DNA from: Minisyncoccota bacterium | GTDB taxonomy: Bacteria > Patescibacteriota > Minisyncoccia > Phycocordibacterales > DATDWN01 | Length of the DNA stretch: 64,000 bases | Assembly: GCA_036517395.1 (NCBI GenBank) | Contig: DATDWN010000016.1 | Span: 11,262-75,261, forward strand | Direction: 5' to 3' | Part shown: in pieces, positions 27,744 to 36,969 of the stretch | Position numbering within the stretch: position 1 is the first letter of the stretch | Layout of the letters: each line of letters starts with the position of its first letter | Program-made: the position numbers and the translations under genes | Notes under the pieces: generated by a model | Databases searched by the model: none | Told to the model about the DNA's origin: nothing | The model's input: only the letters and a program-made list of their open reading frames with translations

Positions 27744-28319
27744 ATGGGGAATATCGAAATTAAATCTCGCAAAAGAAAGTCAAGAAAGGATATTCAGAAA
27801 GCTATTCTCACTTCTGTCAAAATGGCGGGATTGTTAAGTATTGCGCTTGTCGCTCCAAATGCTGTTCAATGCTTAAAATCATTTGGTCTGCTTTCAGGAA
27901 GGAGACAAGAAGAAATCATGAATAGATCTAGAGAAAATCTTATTAGAGATGGTCTTTTGAAATATGAAAAAGGATTTCTCGAATTGACCAATAAAGGCCA
28001 AACTCGTCTAGACTTTTTGGAAATGAATGATTGGAAAATGAATAGACCTCGCAAATGGGATGGTAGGTGGCGGATGCTTATATTTGATATACCGGAAAGA
28101 AGAAAAGGCCTCAGGGATAAAATTCGAAACACTCTTTTAAGTATGGGATTTCTCAAACTTCAAAATAGTGCTTGGATATACCCTTATGATTGCGAAGATT
28201 TGATCAATTTACTGAAAGCGGATTTCAAAGTCGGCAAAGACCTTCTGTATCTTATTGTTGATTCCATAGAGAACGACAAGAGTTTTCGAAAATCGTTTGC
28301 TCTACCATTAGAAAAATAA
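27744..28319 (+). CDS. PaaX-like protein: N-terminal wHTH + C-terminal Cas2-like domain
   Basis: C-terminal 'WRMLIFDIPERRKGLRDKIRNTLLSMGFLKLQNSAWIY' resembles the Cas2 / PaaX central-domain fold (compare Cas2 'LVLVTYDV...RVQNSVF'); the N-terminus is wHTH-like. Confidence 0.55.
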   Translation: MGNIEIKSRKRKSRKDIQKAILTSVKMAGLLSIALVAPNAVQCLKSFGLLSGRRQEEIMNRSRENLIRDGLLKYEKGFLELTNKGQTRLDFLEMNDWKMNRPRKWDGRWRMLIFDIPERRKGLRDKIRNTLLSMGFLKLQNSAWIYPYDCEDLINLLKADFKVGKDLLYLIVDSIENDKSFRKSFALPLEK

Positions 28320-28328
28320 ATTCCAATT

Positions 28329-28360
28329 ACACTTAAATCTCGCGACCGCTAAAGTTAAGT
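28329..28360. repeat. 32-bp hairpin, right partner of the inverted pair
   Basis: CACTTAA-ATCTCGCGACCGCTAAAG-TTAAGTG; embedded in a longer palindrome CCAATTACACTTAA...TTAAGTGTAATTGG. Confidence 0.7.
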
Positions 28361-28452
28361 GTAATTGGTTATATTGATTATATACTTTATTTAAGAAAAT
28401 AAATGGAAAATAAAGTCTAAATGTGTTATAAATTAGAGCGTTGATCGAATAT

Positions 28453-28526
28453 TGCCCGATCGTCTAATGGTAGGACACTAGGTTTTGGTCCTAGGTATCG
28501 TGGTTCGAGTCCATGTCGGGCAGCCA
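28453..28526 (+). tRNA. tRNA-Gln (anticodon UUG)
   Basis: U1-A72 acceptor TGCCCGA/TCGGGCA, D-arm GTCT-AATGGTA-GGAC, anticodon arm CTAGG-TTTTGGT-CCTAG, T-arm CGTGG-TTCGAGT-CCATG, CCA encoded. Confidence 0.75.
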
Positions 28527-28636
28527 AAGTTTAGAGAGTTCACAACTCAGACATAATACAAATTATAAGTGATATACTTTAGGTATTATTCACTAACATA
28601 ATTACTACTATAGATGTATAGATATAGTAGAATGAT

Positions 28637-29029
28637 ATGAAAACATACGAGTGGTACCAAACTCTATCAAAGCCGATGTGGGCTCCGCCAACGTGGCTGT
28701 TTGCTCCAGTATGGACAGCTCTTTATACAATAATCGCAATATCATATGGATATGTCGGTTATCTATTTTTTGCCAAGAAGATTTCTTTTATCATAGTTTT
28801 GCCATTTGTTCTCAATCTAATATTCAACTTCGCTTTTACTCCGATACAATTTGGTTTGCAAAATAATTTTCTTGCGGCGCTTGATATTCTTCTAGTTCTT
28901 GGAACTTTGGTGTGGGCGCTGGTTGCTGTCTATCCACATGTAAAATGGGTTACATATGTAAACATTCCATATTTAGTTTGGGTTTTGTTTGCTACTGTAC
29001 TTCAGCTCACCATAACTTTTACCAATTAA
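28637..29029 (+). CDS. TspO/MBR-like tryptophan-rich membrane protein
   Basis: 'WYQTLSKPMWAPPTWLFAPVWTALY' matches the TspO signature; 4-5 TM. Confidence 0.6.
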   Translation: MKTYEWYQTLSKPMWAPPTWLFAPVWTALYTIIAISYGYVGYLFFAKKISFIIVLPFVLNLIFNFAFTPIQFGLQNNFLAALDILLVLGTLVWALVAVYPHVKWVTYVNIPYLVWVLFATVLQLTITFTN

Positions 29030-29317
29030 CTCACACAATATGAAAGGATATATTGCAAATATTGAAAAACTAATATGGCAAAACACTTAATTCAAAAGAG
29101 TTTTTAGAAAGTTGGTCAAATAGAAAATAAAATAATTGATTACTTGACTGTTTAAGGCTTTACTCATACCTCTTGCCGTGCCCCAGCCATGGCAAATGTT
29201 CTGTAAGTACGAATGAAGAAGCCCCGTCCGTTGCCTAGCGCGTCGTCCAGAGGCTTTTTTCATATAAAAGCCCAACTGATTTGAAAAAGGTTTTATAAAA
29301 TGTTAGATTAGTTTTAT

Positions 29318-29854
29318 ATGGGACTTGATGCTCCAAAAAGTAATGAAATGTTTGCTGGTAATAACTGGGAGTTGCCTACTGATATACATTTAGTTGATTC
29401 AGCCGCTGATGCATTTGTTGACAGGCTTGTTGAAGCAGGATGGGACAGAGAGTCTGACAATGTTTTTTATTTGCAAATTGCATTTCGAGAAGCTCTTGCA
29501 AATGCTATTGCTCATGGAAATTTAGGAGTTGCAATGCCCGAGAACAGTGATCAAACCATTAGCCAAATAGCAGAAGCGGAACAAGAAAGAAACCCTAGTG
29601 AAAAAAAAGTTCACGTTGATATTGAAGTTGATGATAGAAAGGTTTCTGTGACTATTACTGATGAGGGTACAGGGTTTGACTTTGAAAACCCACCAAATGT
29701 GGCGGAGGGAGAGAAAGCGCTACAGGCCAGTGGTAGAGGGATTATGGTCATGAAAGGATCATTTGATTCTGTTGCCTATAGTAAGGAGGCTGGAGGAGGA
29801 ACAAGAGTGACAATGACTAAAGAGAGACAGGAGGAATCAGCAATTTCTGCATAA
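29318..29854 (+). CDS. anti-sigma regulatory factor-like HATPase_c (RsbW/SpoIIAB family)
   Basis: 'EALANAIAHGN', 'DEGTGFD', 'GRGIMVMKGSFDSVAY' GHKL-ATPase motifs in a 178-aa protein. Confidence 0.6.
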   Translation: MGLDAPKSNEMFAGNNWELPTDIHLVDSAADAFVDRLVEAGWDRESDNVFYLQIAFREALANAIAHGNLGVAMPENSDQTISQIAEAEQERNPSEKKVHVDIEVDDRKVSVTITDEGTGFDFENPPNVAEGEKALQASGRGIMVMKGSFDSVAYSKEAGGGTRVTMTKERQEESAISA

Positions 29855-29858
29855 TGAC

Positions 29859-30311
29859 ATGAAGAAAAATATTATATATGTATTAACAGCCTGTGCTCTT
29901 CTTGTCCTGTTTTTGTTCGGTATGTATTCTATATTCTTAAATGGATTTTTTACTCCTCCTAAACACCCTATCACTTACACCAACGCAACGGCTGACAATA
30001 TAAAAGTCACATTTCCTATTCCGGATGCCGTCGTCGGTAAAGAATTTTTGGTAACAGGATCAGCTCGTGGAACATGGTTTTTCGAGGCATCTTTTCCAGT
30101 GGAGGTTTTGGATAAAGACGGAAAAGTACTGGTGGCAACTCCGGCTCAGGCAGAAGGCGAGTGGATGACTCCTGACTTTGTTCCTTTCAAAGCAGATATT
30201 AAAATACCGGACTCATACACAGGTCCAGCTACTCTGGTTTTGAATAGAGACAATCCATCTGATTTACCACAAAACGCCGCGTCTATTTCATTCCCTATAA
30301 CCATCAAATAA
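29859..30311 (+). CDS. secreted/membrane-anchored hypothetical protein
   Basis: Signal or TM helix plus a beta-rich domain. Confidence 0.4.
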   Translation: MKKNIIYVLTACALLVLFLFGMYSIFLNGFFTPPKHPITYTNATADNIKVTFPIPDAVVGKEFLVTGSARGTWFFEASFPVEVLDKDGKVLVATPAQAEGEWMTPDFVPFKADIKIPDSYTGPATLVLNRDNPSDLPQNAASISFPITIK

Positions 30312-30312
30312 T

Positions 30313-31440
30313 ATGAATGAGACCCGTACATATTATCGAAACAAAGTTGTTTCCAATTTGTACAGAAATCTTCTCAAACCAGTTTTTTTTCACAATGACC
30401 CGGAGTTTGTTCATGATTGCATGACAGGATTTGGTGCTTTTTTGGGTCGCTATACTTTGGGGCAGAGAATGACAAAAAGTTTTTTTGATTATGAAAATTC
30501 GGCTTTAATACAGGATGTGCTAGGTATTAGTTTCAGAAATCCCATTGGTCTCTCGGCGGGTTTTGATAAAAATGCAGAGCTTGTAGATATTTTGCCGTCT
30601 GTTGGGTTTGGTTTTGCTGAAATCGGCTCTATCACCGGAAACCCGTGTTTAGGAAATGCTAAACCTCGACTGTGGCGTTTGCCAAAATCCAAAAGTCTCC
30701 TCGTTTATTATGGTTTAAAAAATGACGGCTGTGTGGCTATCGCAGAAAAACTGCATGATAAGTTTTTTACCATCCCGATGGGCATGAGTATTGCCATGAC
30801 GAATTGCGAGGAGAATTTGGTTCTAGAAAATGCCATAAAAGATTACGCAAAAGCTTTTGCCACTATGGAGCCTTTTGGTAACTACATAACTATAAATATT
30901 AGTTGTCCGAATGCTCTCGGTGGTCAGCCCTTTATTGCTCCAGACAAACTTGAACACTTATTGGACACTTTAGACAAGATTCCTAGTCAAAAACCAATTT
31001 TTATTAAACTCTCCCCTGATCTCAGTAATGCAGAGTTAGACGCTCTTCTTGATGTTGCTCGTCGTCACAGGGTTCACGGTATTATTTGCACAAACTTGAG
31101 CAAAAAAAGAGACAATCCAAAAATCATCGACGCTGGTATACCTTCAAAGGGTGGTTTCAGTGGCAAAGTAGTTCAACAGCTTTCTGATGACATGCTCTCT
31201 TATATTTACAAAAAAGAGGGACAGAGATTTATTCTTGTTGGCTGTGGCGGAGTTTTCACGGCGGAAGATGCTTACAAAAAAATCCGGCTTGGAGCATCTC
31301 TTGTCCAGTTGATTACCGGAATGATTTTTGAAGGCCCACAGGTCATAAGCCAGATTAATCAAGGCCTTGCGGAACTGTTAAAACGAGATGGTTTTGCCAA
31401 TATTAAAGAGGCTGTTGGTGTGGATTCATCCACACACTAA
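30313..31440 (+). CDS. pyrD: dihydroorotate dehydrogenase (quinone, class 2)
   Basis: 'GLSAGFDKNAE', 'GFAEIGSIT', 'ITINISCPN', 'GCGGVFTAEDAYKKIRLGASLVQL'. The last 4 codons and stop lie in the MITE repeat. Confidence 0.9.
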   Translation: MNETRTYYRNKVVSNLYRNLLKPVFFHNDPEFVHDCMTGFGAFLGRYTLGQRMTKSFFDYENSALIQDVLGISFRNPIGLSAGFDKNAELVDILPSVGFGFAEIGSITGNPCLGNAKPRLWRLPKSKSLLVYYGLKNDGCVAIAEKLHDKFFTIPMGMSIAMTNCEENLVLENAIKDYAKAFATMEPFGNYITINISCPNALGGQPFIAPDKLEHLLDTLDKIPSQKPIFIKLSPDLSNAELDALLDVARRHRVHGIICTNLSKKRDNPKIIDAGIPSKGGFSGKVVQQLSDDMLSYIYKKEGQRFILVGCGGVFTAEDAYKKIRLGASLVQLITGMIFEGPQVISQINQGLAELLKRDGFANIKEAVGVDSSTH

Positions 31441-31500
31441 CTTTGGTATTGTGTATTTTCAAAACGTGGTGAAGTAATGTAAAAGTTAGTGTGTGGATAA
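31428..31500. repeat. family A element, copy 2 (short, ~73 bp)
   Basis: ATCCACACACTAA...TTAGTGTGTGGATAA; the left TIR provides the pyrD stop codon. Confidence 0.75.
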
Positions 31501-31553
31501 GTATGTCTAGACTCAGGTATATAATATAGCGGTTATTATCTAACTAAAATATT

Positions 31554-32348
31554 ATGAAACAAAAATCTCTTGCAGATTTGTTTAATCTCGTGGGCAAAAC
31601 AGCTATTGTCACGGGTGGGGCAATGGGTATAGGTTTGGGGATTGTCAGACGACTTGCAGAAGCTGGGGCAAATGTAGTAATCGCTGATATAAATGAAGAG
31701 GCGGGGAATGCCGCTGTCAAAGAAATCGAGAGTTCCGGTTTTAAGGCTGTGTTTGTAAAAACCGATGTTTCGGATGAAAAAAGTGTTGGTGATGCTACTG
31801 ATTTTGCTATGAAAACTCATGGTGGAGTTGACGTGCTGGTAAACAATGCCGGAATTTATCCGACTATTCCGGTTATGCAAATGAAGACCGCTGATTTTGA
31901 GAAAATAATTGCGGTTAATTTGAAAAGCGTCTTCCTCTTCACAAAAGCGGTGTCGGAGGTGATGATAAAACAGGGGCGAGGTGGCAAGATTATAAACATT
32001 ACTTCCATCGACGCTCTGCATCCGTCATCCGTTGGGCTTGCAGTTTATGATGCTTCTAAACACGGTCTGTGGGGATTTACAAAAAACACAGCTTTGGAAC
32101 TGGCGCCACACAACATATCTGTCAATGCTATTGCCCCAGGGGGAATTACCACTCCTGGAACTGGGGCGGATGGTCCGGTAAGCGCTGAGATGGAGGAGAT
32201 TTTGAAAAAATTTATGCTTAAAATCCCAATGAAGCGCATGGGTGAGCCGGATGATATAGGTATGGTGGCCTTGTTTCTGGCTTCTGGTCTCTCGAGCTAC
32301 ATGACCGGCTCACAAGTTGTTGTAGATGGTGGTGTGCTTCTGTCTTAA
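31554..32348 (+). CDS. SDR family oxidoreductase (FabG-like)
   Basis: 'TGGAMGIGLGI' Rossmann motif, 'NNAG', 'YDASKHG' catalytic YxxxK. Confidence 0.85.
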   Translation: MKQKSLADLFNLVGKTAIVTGGAMGIGLGIVRRLAEAGANVVIADINEEAGNAAVKEIESSGFKAVFVKTDVSDEKSVGDATDFAMKTHGGVDVLVNNAGIYPTIPVMQMKTADFEKIIAVNLKSVFLFTKAVSEVMIKQGRGGKIINITSIDALHPSSVGLAVYDASKHGLWGFTKNTALELAPHNISVNAIAPGGITTPGTGADGPVSAEMEEILKKFMLKIPMKRMGEPDDIGMVALFLASGLSSYMTGSQVVVDGGVLLS

Positions 32349-32379
32349 ATCCAAGTTTTTTGTTATACTCGTTTCTATT

Positions 32380-33246
32380 ATGAAGACATCAAATAAAGTC
32401 CTTGGGTTTTTTCTTTGTCTGGCTTTTTTCGTCCCGACTCTAATTTTTGCCGCTTCGGAGGTTCATATAACAAGCGACGGCAAAGCTACAGTCTCGCAGT
32501 TAAAAGTTATGCAAATATTTGGCAGTACTCTGGCCACTCGGATGTATTGGGGTAGTGCCTACGTCAGGCTGACTGTGAAAACTGGTGATAAAACCAAGTT
32601 TTACAGAGGTACAGGAGAGGTGACTACTCTCTCTGAAATAACCGAGGGGAATATTCTTGATATAACTGGAGAGTTGGAGTCGGGAAGTGACAGTCTTTCT
32701 CTGGTTGCCTCAACGGTTAAAAACTCTTCTGTTCAAAAACAACAGACAGTCATCTCTGGTGTGGTAACTGGCGTTGATTTAGGAAACAAAAGGTTTAGTA
32801 TGAAGAGTTCAAAATATGGCGTGGTGACTATAAATGCAAGCGGAGGGACGGTTTTTACAAAAGGCACACGAAGCCTCGATATCGAGCATGTTAAAGTAGG
32901 AGATATGGTGACAAAAGCCTCTGGTGATTATGACTTGAGCACAAAAACCATGACTGCTACATCTGTCACAACATTCATTGATCCAAAAACTTTTGTGGCC
33001 AAAAACTATGAGGGCTCTCTCGTCGAAGTGGGCTCTGCTACATTACCGACAACCCTGAAAGTAAAAATAGGCTCTCTCACATACATAGTAAACTTGAGTG
33101 CCAAAGCGTCAGTTTTGAGAAAAAACCGAAATGCTGTCGGACTGAATCGATTTGTTGCTGGTGACTCTGTGCGTTTGTATGGTGCCATCCGCGAAGTTGA
33201 TGACCCTATAATAGATGCGGAGATAATAAGGAATCTTAGTTTATAA
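32380..33246 (+). CDS. secreted hypothetical protein
   Basis: Signal peptide 'MKTSNKVLGFFLCLAFFVPTLIFA'. The track start at 32326 overlaps the SDR gene; the internal ATG at 32380 is preferred. Confidence 0.45.
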   Translation: MKTSNKVLGFFLCLAFFVPTLIFAASEVHITSDGKATVSQLKVMQIFGSTLATRMYWGSAYVRLTVKTGDKTKFYRGTGEVTTLSEITEGNILDITGELESGSDSLSLVASTVKNSSVQKQQTVISGVVTGVDLGNKRFSMKSSKYGVVTINASGGTVFTKGTRSLDIEHVKVGDMVTKASGDYDLSTKTMTATSVTTFIDPKTFVAKNYEGSLVEVGSATLPTTLKVKIGSLTYIVNLSAKASVLRKNRNAVGLNRFVAGDSVRLYGAIREVDDPIIDAEIIRNLSL

Positions 33247-33731
33247 TGGACAAAATGAATAATTATGCTTTTATAGACAGTAACAATGTGTATCTCTCAA
33301 TAAGATCGCAAGGATGGAGTATTGAATGGGAGAGATTTAGAGTTTATCTTAGAGAGCATTATCGTGTCGCTATTGCCTATCTCTTCATTGGCTATATTGA
33401 AGGTAATAATGATGTTTATGTTCGACTACAAAAAGCAGGATTTATTTGCATTTGGAAACCAGTTCTTACATACAAAGACGGAACAGTAAAAGGAAATGTG
33501 GATGCGGAACTAGTTCTTCATACGATGATACAACTACCTAATTTTGACAAAGCGGTGATTGTAACAGGAGATGGCGATTTTTATTGCCTTGTTCAATATT
33601 TGTTGGAGCAAAATAAATTACAAACCGTCCTTGTACCAAATCAACATAAATACTCAGCACTTTTGAAGAAATTTGCTAAAAAGAATATCGCTTTTATGAA
33701 TGACTTGAAAAATAAAATAGGCTTAAAATAG
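33246..33731 (+). CDS. NYN/LabA-like PIN-fold domain protein
   Basis: 'AFIDSNNVY', 'VDAELVLHTM', 'AVIVTGDGDF' acidic PIN-like residues. Confidence 0.55.
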   Translation: MDKMNNYAFIDSNNVYLSIRSQGWSIEWERFRVYLREHYRVAIAYLFIGYIEGNNDVYVRLQKAGFICIWKPVLTYKDGTVKGNVDAELVLHTMIQLPNFDKAVIVTGDGDFYCLVQYLLEQNKLQTVLVPNQHKYSALLKKFAKKNIAFMNDLKNKIGLK

Positions 33732-33862
33732 AATAGAAATAAAAAGGACCCTTGCGGGACGAACCTGCAAGGGGACTTTTCGTGGTGATGAGTATATCCT
33801 AGCAAATCACATATAAATGTCAAGTAAAGAATGAAAGTTAAGTTTTAGGTTATAATATATAG

Positions 33863-34426
33863 ATGAAAAGAGTAATTGTTGTGCATAAGTGGTCTGGTAG
33901 TCCGAGGGATGATTGGCGGCCATGGTTGAAATCTGAGTTGGAAAAACTGGGATACGAAGTCTCAGTTCCAGAAATGCCAGAGGCGGACGCTCCTGTTATA
34001 GAAAAATGGACTGCAAAGTTGGCAGAAGTTGTTGGTACTCCAGACTCCGAGACGTATTTTGTCGGTCATAGTATTGGATGTCAGACAATTCTTCGATACT
34101 TGGAAACCATAAATACACCAGTTGGAGGTGCTGTTTTTGTGGCTGGCTGGTTTAATTTAGAAAATCTTGAAGACGAAGAAACAAAAGAAATAGCGAAACC
34201 ATGGATTGAAACTCCTATCGATTTAAAAAAAGTAAGAGCAGTTCTTCCCAAATCAACCCTGATTATTTCGGACAATGATCCTTATGATTGTTTTGAAGAA
34301 AATAAAAAGAAGTTTGCTGAAGTAGGATCTAAAATAATTGTTCTGCCAAACGCAGGGCATATTACAAGCGAGGATGGATTTTTAGAGTTTCCGGAAGTAT
34401 TATTTGCCTTAAATACCATATCATGA
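33863..34426 (+). CDS. alpha/beta serine hydrolase, YdeN/RBBP9 family
   Basis: 'VVHKWSGSPRDDW...FVGHSIGC' nucleophile elbow; ~190-aa single domain. Confidence 0.6.
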   Translation: MKRVIVVHKWSGSPRDDWRPWLKSELEKLGYEVSVPEMPEADAPVIEKWTAKLAEVVGTPDSETYFVGHSIGCQTILRYLETINTPVGGAVFVAGWFNLENLEDEETKEIAKPWIETPIDLKKVRAVLPKSTLIISDNDPYDCFEENKKKFAEVGSKIIVLPNAGHITSEDGFLEFPEVLFALNTIS

Positions 34427-34764
34427 GTACTCGCATTCTTAGATTTAGAAAAGTTAATAAAGCAGACTTTGAAAGATTACGAAATGGAATTAAATCCGTG
34501 GAAACTCGTGCTGCTAGTCTCAAGTATAGATCACTTGAAGAAGGCGACATTCTGATTTTTGTTTGTGGCAAGGACAAGTTTTCTAAAATCATAAAAAAGA
34601 AATATCATTTCAAAAGTATTGACGCTATGTTCAAAAAAATACCATTTAAAAAAATCTGGCCTGAAGTAAAATCAGCAAAAGAGCCCGAGAAAATATACTA
34701 CTCCTACCCAAACTATGAGGAGAAAATAAAGAATTTTGGTATACTGGCTTTTAAGTTGAAATAA
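34423..34764 (+). CDS. ASCH/PUA-like domain protein
   Basis: 'KSVETRAASLKY...GDILIFV'. Confidence 0.45.
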   Translation: MSTRILRFRKVNKADFERLRNGIKSVETRAASLKYRSLEEGDILIFVCGKDKFSKIIKKKYHFKSIDAMFKKIPFKKIWPEVKSAKEPEKIYYSYPNYEEKIKNFGILAFKLK

Positions 34765-34805
34765 AACATCAAGACCGGCGGCTTATATTTTGAGTATAGG
34801 TAAAA

Positions 34806-35348
34806 ATGAAATATCTTTTAGTTACATTAGGAATAGTCCTCGTCGTGGGTGGAGGGGTTGCTCTGGCCTATCATTATAGGAGTCCAGCTCCGGACAACGG
34901 TGGAGTTGCCTGTACCATGGAGGCCAAGATTTGTCCTGATGGCAGTGTTGTTGGACGTACTGGGCCTAAATGTGAGTTTGCTGAGTGTCCTGCCTACTCT
35001 CCTCCAGCTTCCACAACTCCTCCAGTTTCAAAAAGCGAAGAGGGTAGCGTTTTGGGTAGAATCACTTTAGGTCCGACGTGTCCCATAGAACGCAATCCGC
35101 CCGACCCAAACTGTGCTCCAAGGCCGTACCAGACATATGTCAACATAATAAATCTTTCAAACAGTAAAGTCGTAAAAACCATCAAATCAGATTCAAACGG
35201 TCAATTTAGTACAAATCTTTCGGTTGGTTCGTACAGACTGGACGCCTTGGGAGCACAGGTCTACCCAAGGTGTAGCCCTGTGGAGGTAAAAATAATCGCC
35301 AATAAAAATACTGTGTCTGACATATCATGTGACACTGGTATTCGGTAA
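34806..35348 (+). CDS. secreted Cys-containing hypothetical protein
   Basis: Signal peptide; paired Cys residues; beta-sandwich-like C-terminus. Confidence 0.4.
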   Translation: MKYLLVTLGIVLVVGGGVALAYHYRSPAPDNGGVACTMEAKICPDGSVVGRTGPKCEFAECPAYSPPASTTPPVSKSEEGSVLGRITLGPTCPIERNPPDPNCAPRPYQTYVNIINLSNSKVVKTIKSDSNGQFSTNLSVGSYRLDALGAQVYPRCSPVEVKIIANKNTVSDISCDTGIR

Positions 35349-35378
35349 TAAAATCCATAGACCTACGGCTTCCATAGT

Positions 35379-35744
35379 ATGATTATACTTCTTATTCTCG
35401 GTATACTCTTGGGTGGAGCGGCTGTTGTATTTGCACTACAGAACACTACAGCTATAACGGTGACCTTTTTCGCTTGGCAACTCGGTGGGTCGCTCTCCAC
35501 CATAATCATATTGGCGATTCTCTCAGGAGTTGTTGCCTCGCTTCTTATTGTCTTACCTGAAAGTGTAAGTAATTATTTCAGATATCGTAAATTGAAAAAA
35601 GAAAATGTAAAGCTTGAAGAACTATTGCGCAAACAAAAGGAACTGACAGTTTTCGCTAAAGACACCCCGCCTGATATTAAAACTATAGAAAAAATCGAAA
35701 ATGGGGCAATACATCATGAGTTGTTAGACGATCGTTCTCTATAA
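35379..35744 (+). CDS. small membrane protein (LapA/DUF1049-like, TM + coiled coil)
   Basis: Two TM helices, then 'KLKKENVKLEELLRKQKE'. Confidence 0.4.
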   Translation: MIILLILGILLGGAAVVFALQNTTAITVTFFAWQLGGSLSTIIILAILSGVVASLLIVLPESVSNYFRYRKLKKENVKLEELLRKQKELTVFAKDTPPDIKTIEKIENGAIHHELLDDRSL

Positions 35745-35766
35745 CTGTCTGTGTTATTATGGGTGA

Positions 35767-36312
35767 ATGACATTACTAGCAAAAATCGAGGTGCAAAAAC
35801 TTTTGGAAGAACACGTACAGGACCAGTACCAGCGTTATCATGCCCTGATGGTGGCTACAGCTATGGAAGGCTACGCAAAGACGCTGGGTGAGGACGAGGG
35901 TCTCTGGTATATCACAGGGCTTTTACATGATATTGATTTTGAAAAATACCCAGAGGCTCATCCTCGGGAGTCTCTGGGCTGGTTTAAGGAGTGGGGATAT
36001 CCGGAAGACTTGTCACACGCTATTGAGGCGCACGCCTATGGTTTCAATGGATTTACGACCTTACCTCAAAGCAAACTGGCGGCGGGTTTGATGGCTTGTG
36101 ACGAAATCAGCGGAATTTTTTACGCATACAAAAAACTCAATCCTATTTCATATGGCGAAATGAAGGTTAGTTCCATAAAAAAGCGTCTCGCCGAAAAATC
36201 CTTTGCCGCCAAAATAGACCGCCAAACCGTCTATCGTGGTTGTGAATCTTTGGGTGTTTCTGTCGACGAACACATTGCTAACCTCATCAAATTTTTCGCT
36301 GTTTTAGTTTGA
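35767..36312 (+). CDS. HD-domain phosphohydrolase
   Basis: 'HALMVATAM...LLHDIDF' HD motif. Confidence 0.6.
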   Translation: MTLLAKIEVQKLLEEHVQDQYQRYHALMVATAMEGYAKTLGEDEGLWYITGLLHDIDFEKYPEAHPRESLGWFKEWGYPEDLSHAIEAHAYGFNGFTTLPQSKLAAGLMACDEISGIFYAYKKLNPISYGEMKVSSIKKRLAEKSFAAKIDRQTVYRGCESLGVSVDEHIANLIKFFAVLV

Positions 36313-36396
36313 AATTAAACTCTTTTTAATGAGAAAGAGATTTGGATCCCTGAAATATCTCCTAGCGAAAAGTTGTATTAGTTGTATAGTAGATAA

Positions 36397-36969
36397 ATGA
36401 ACATTCATGGCTCAGATTTTTCTGACGAAGAGTTGGCACAAAAAGTCCAAGGAGGGGACTCTGAGCTTTTTGGTATTCTAATGGAACGTTACCAAGCAAA
36501 AATATTTCGTTACGGCAAAAAATTTCTTTCCAGCGAAGAAAATATAGAAGATGTTGTCCAAGAAGTTTTTATAAAAACATATCAAAATATTCAAAGTTTT
36601 GATGTTTCTCAAAAGTTTTCCCCGTGGATTTATCGGATTGCCCACAACACATTTATAAACACCCTTAAAAAATATTCACGAGGCCCGCTTTATCTTTTTG
36701 ACTTTGACACATTCCTCTCCTATACCGTCACCGATGACCCGATAGCAAAAGAGCGTGAAAATGAAGAAATGAAAGCTGTAGTGGACAAGGGTCTTAAAGA
36801 ACTAGAACCGAAATACAGAGAAATATTGGTTCTATATTATCTCGAGGAACTGAGCTATAAAGAAATTGCCGATGTCTTGCATATTCCTATAGGTACTGTG
36901 GGAATACGCATCTTGCGGGCCAAAGAGGCATTGAGGAAGACATATAAAAAATTAGGAATTGAAATATAA
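36397..36969 (+). CDS. RNA polymerase sigma-70 ECF-type sigma factor
   Basis: Region 2 'VQEVFIKTYQNI...WIYRIAHNTFIN', region 4 'LSYKEIADVLHIPIGTVGIRILRAKEALRK'. Confidence 0.85.
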   Translation: MNIHGSDFSDEELAQKVQGGDSELFGILMERYQAKIFRYGKKFLSSEENIEDVVQEVFIKTYQNIQSFDVSQKFSPWIYRIAHNTFINTLKKYSRGPLYLFDFDTFLSYTVTDDPIAKERENEEMKAVVDKGLKELEPKYREILVLYYLEELSYKEIADVLHIPIGTVGIRILRAKEALRKTYKKLGIEI

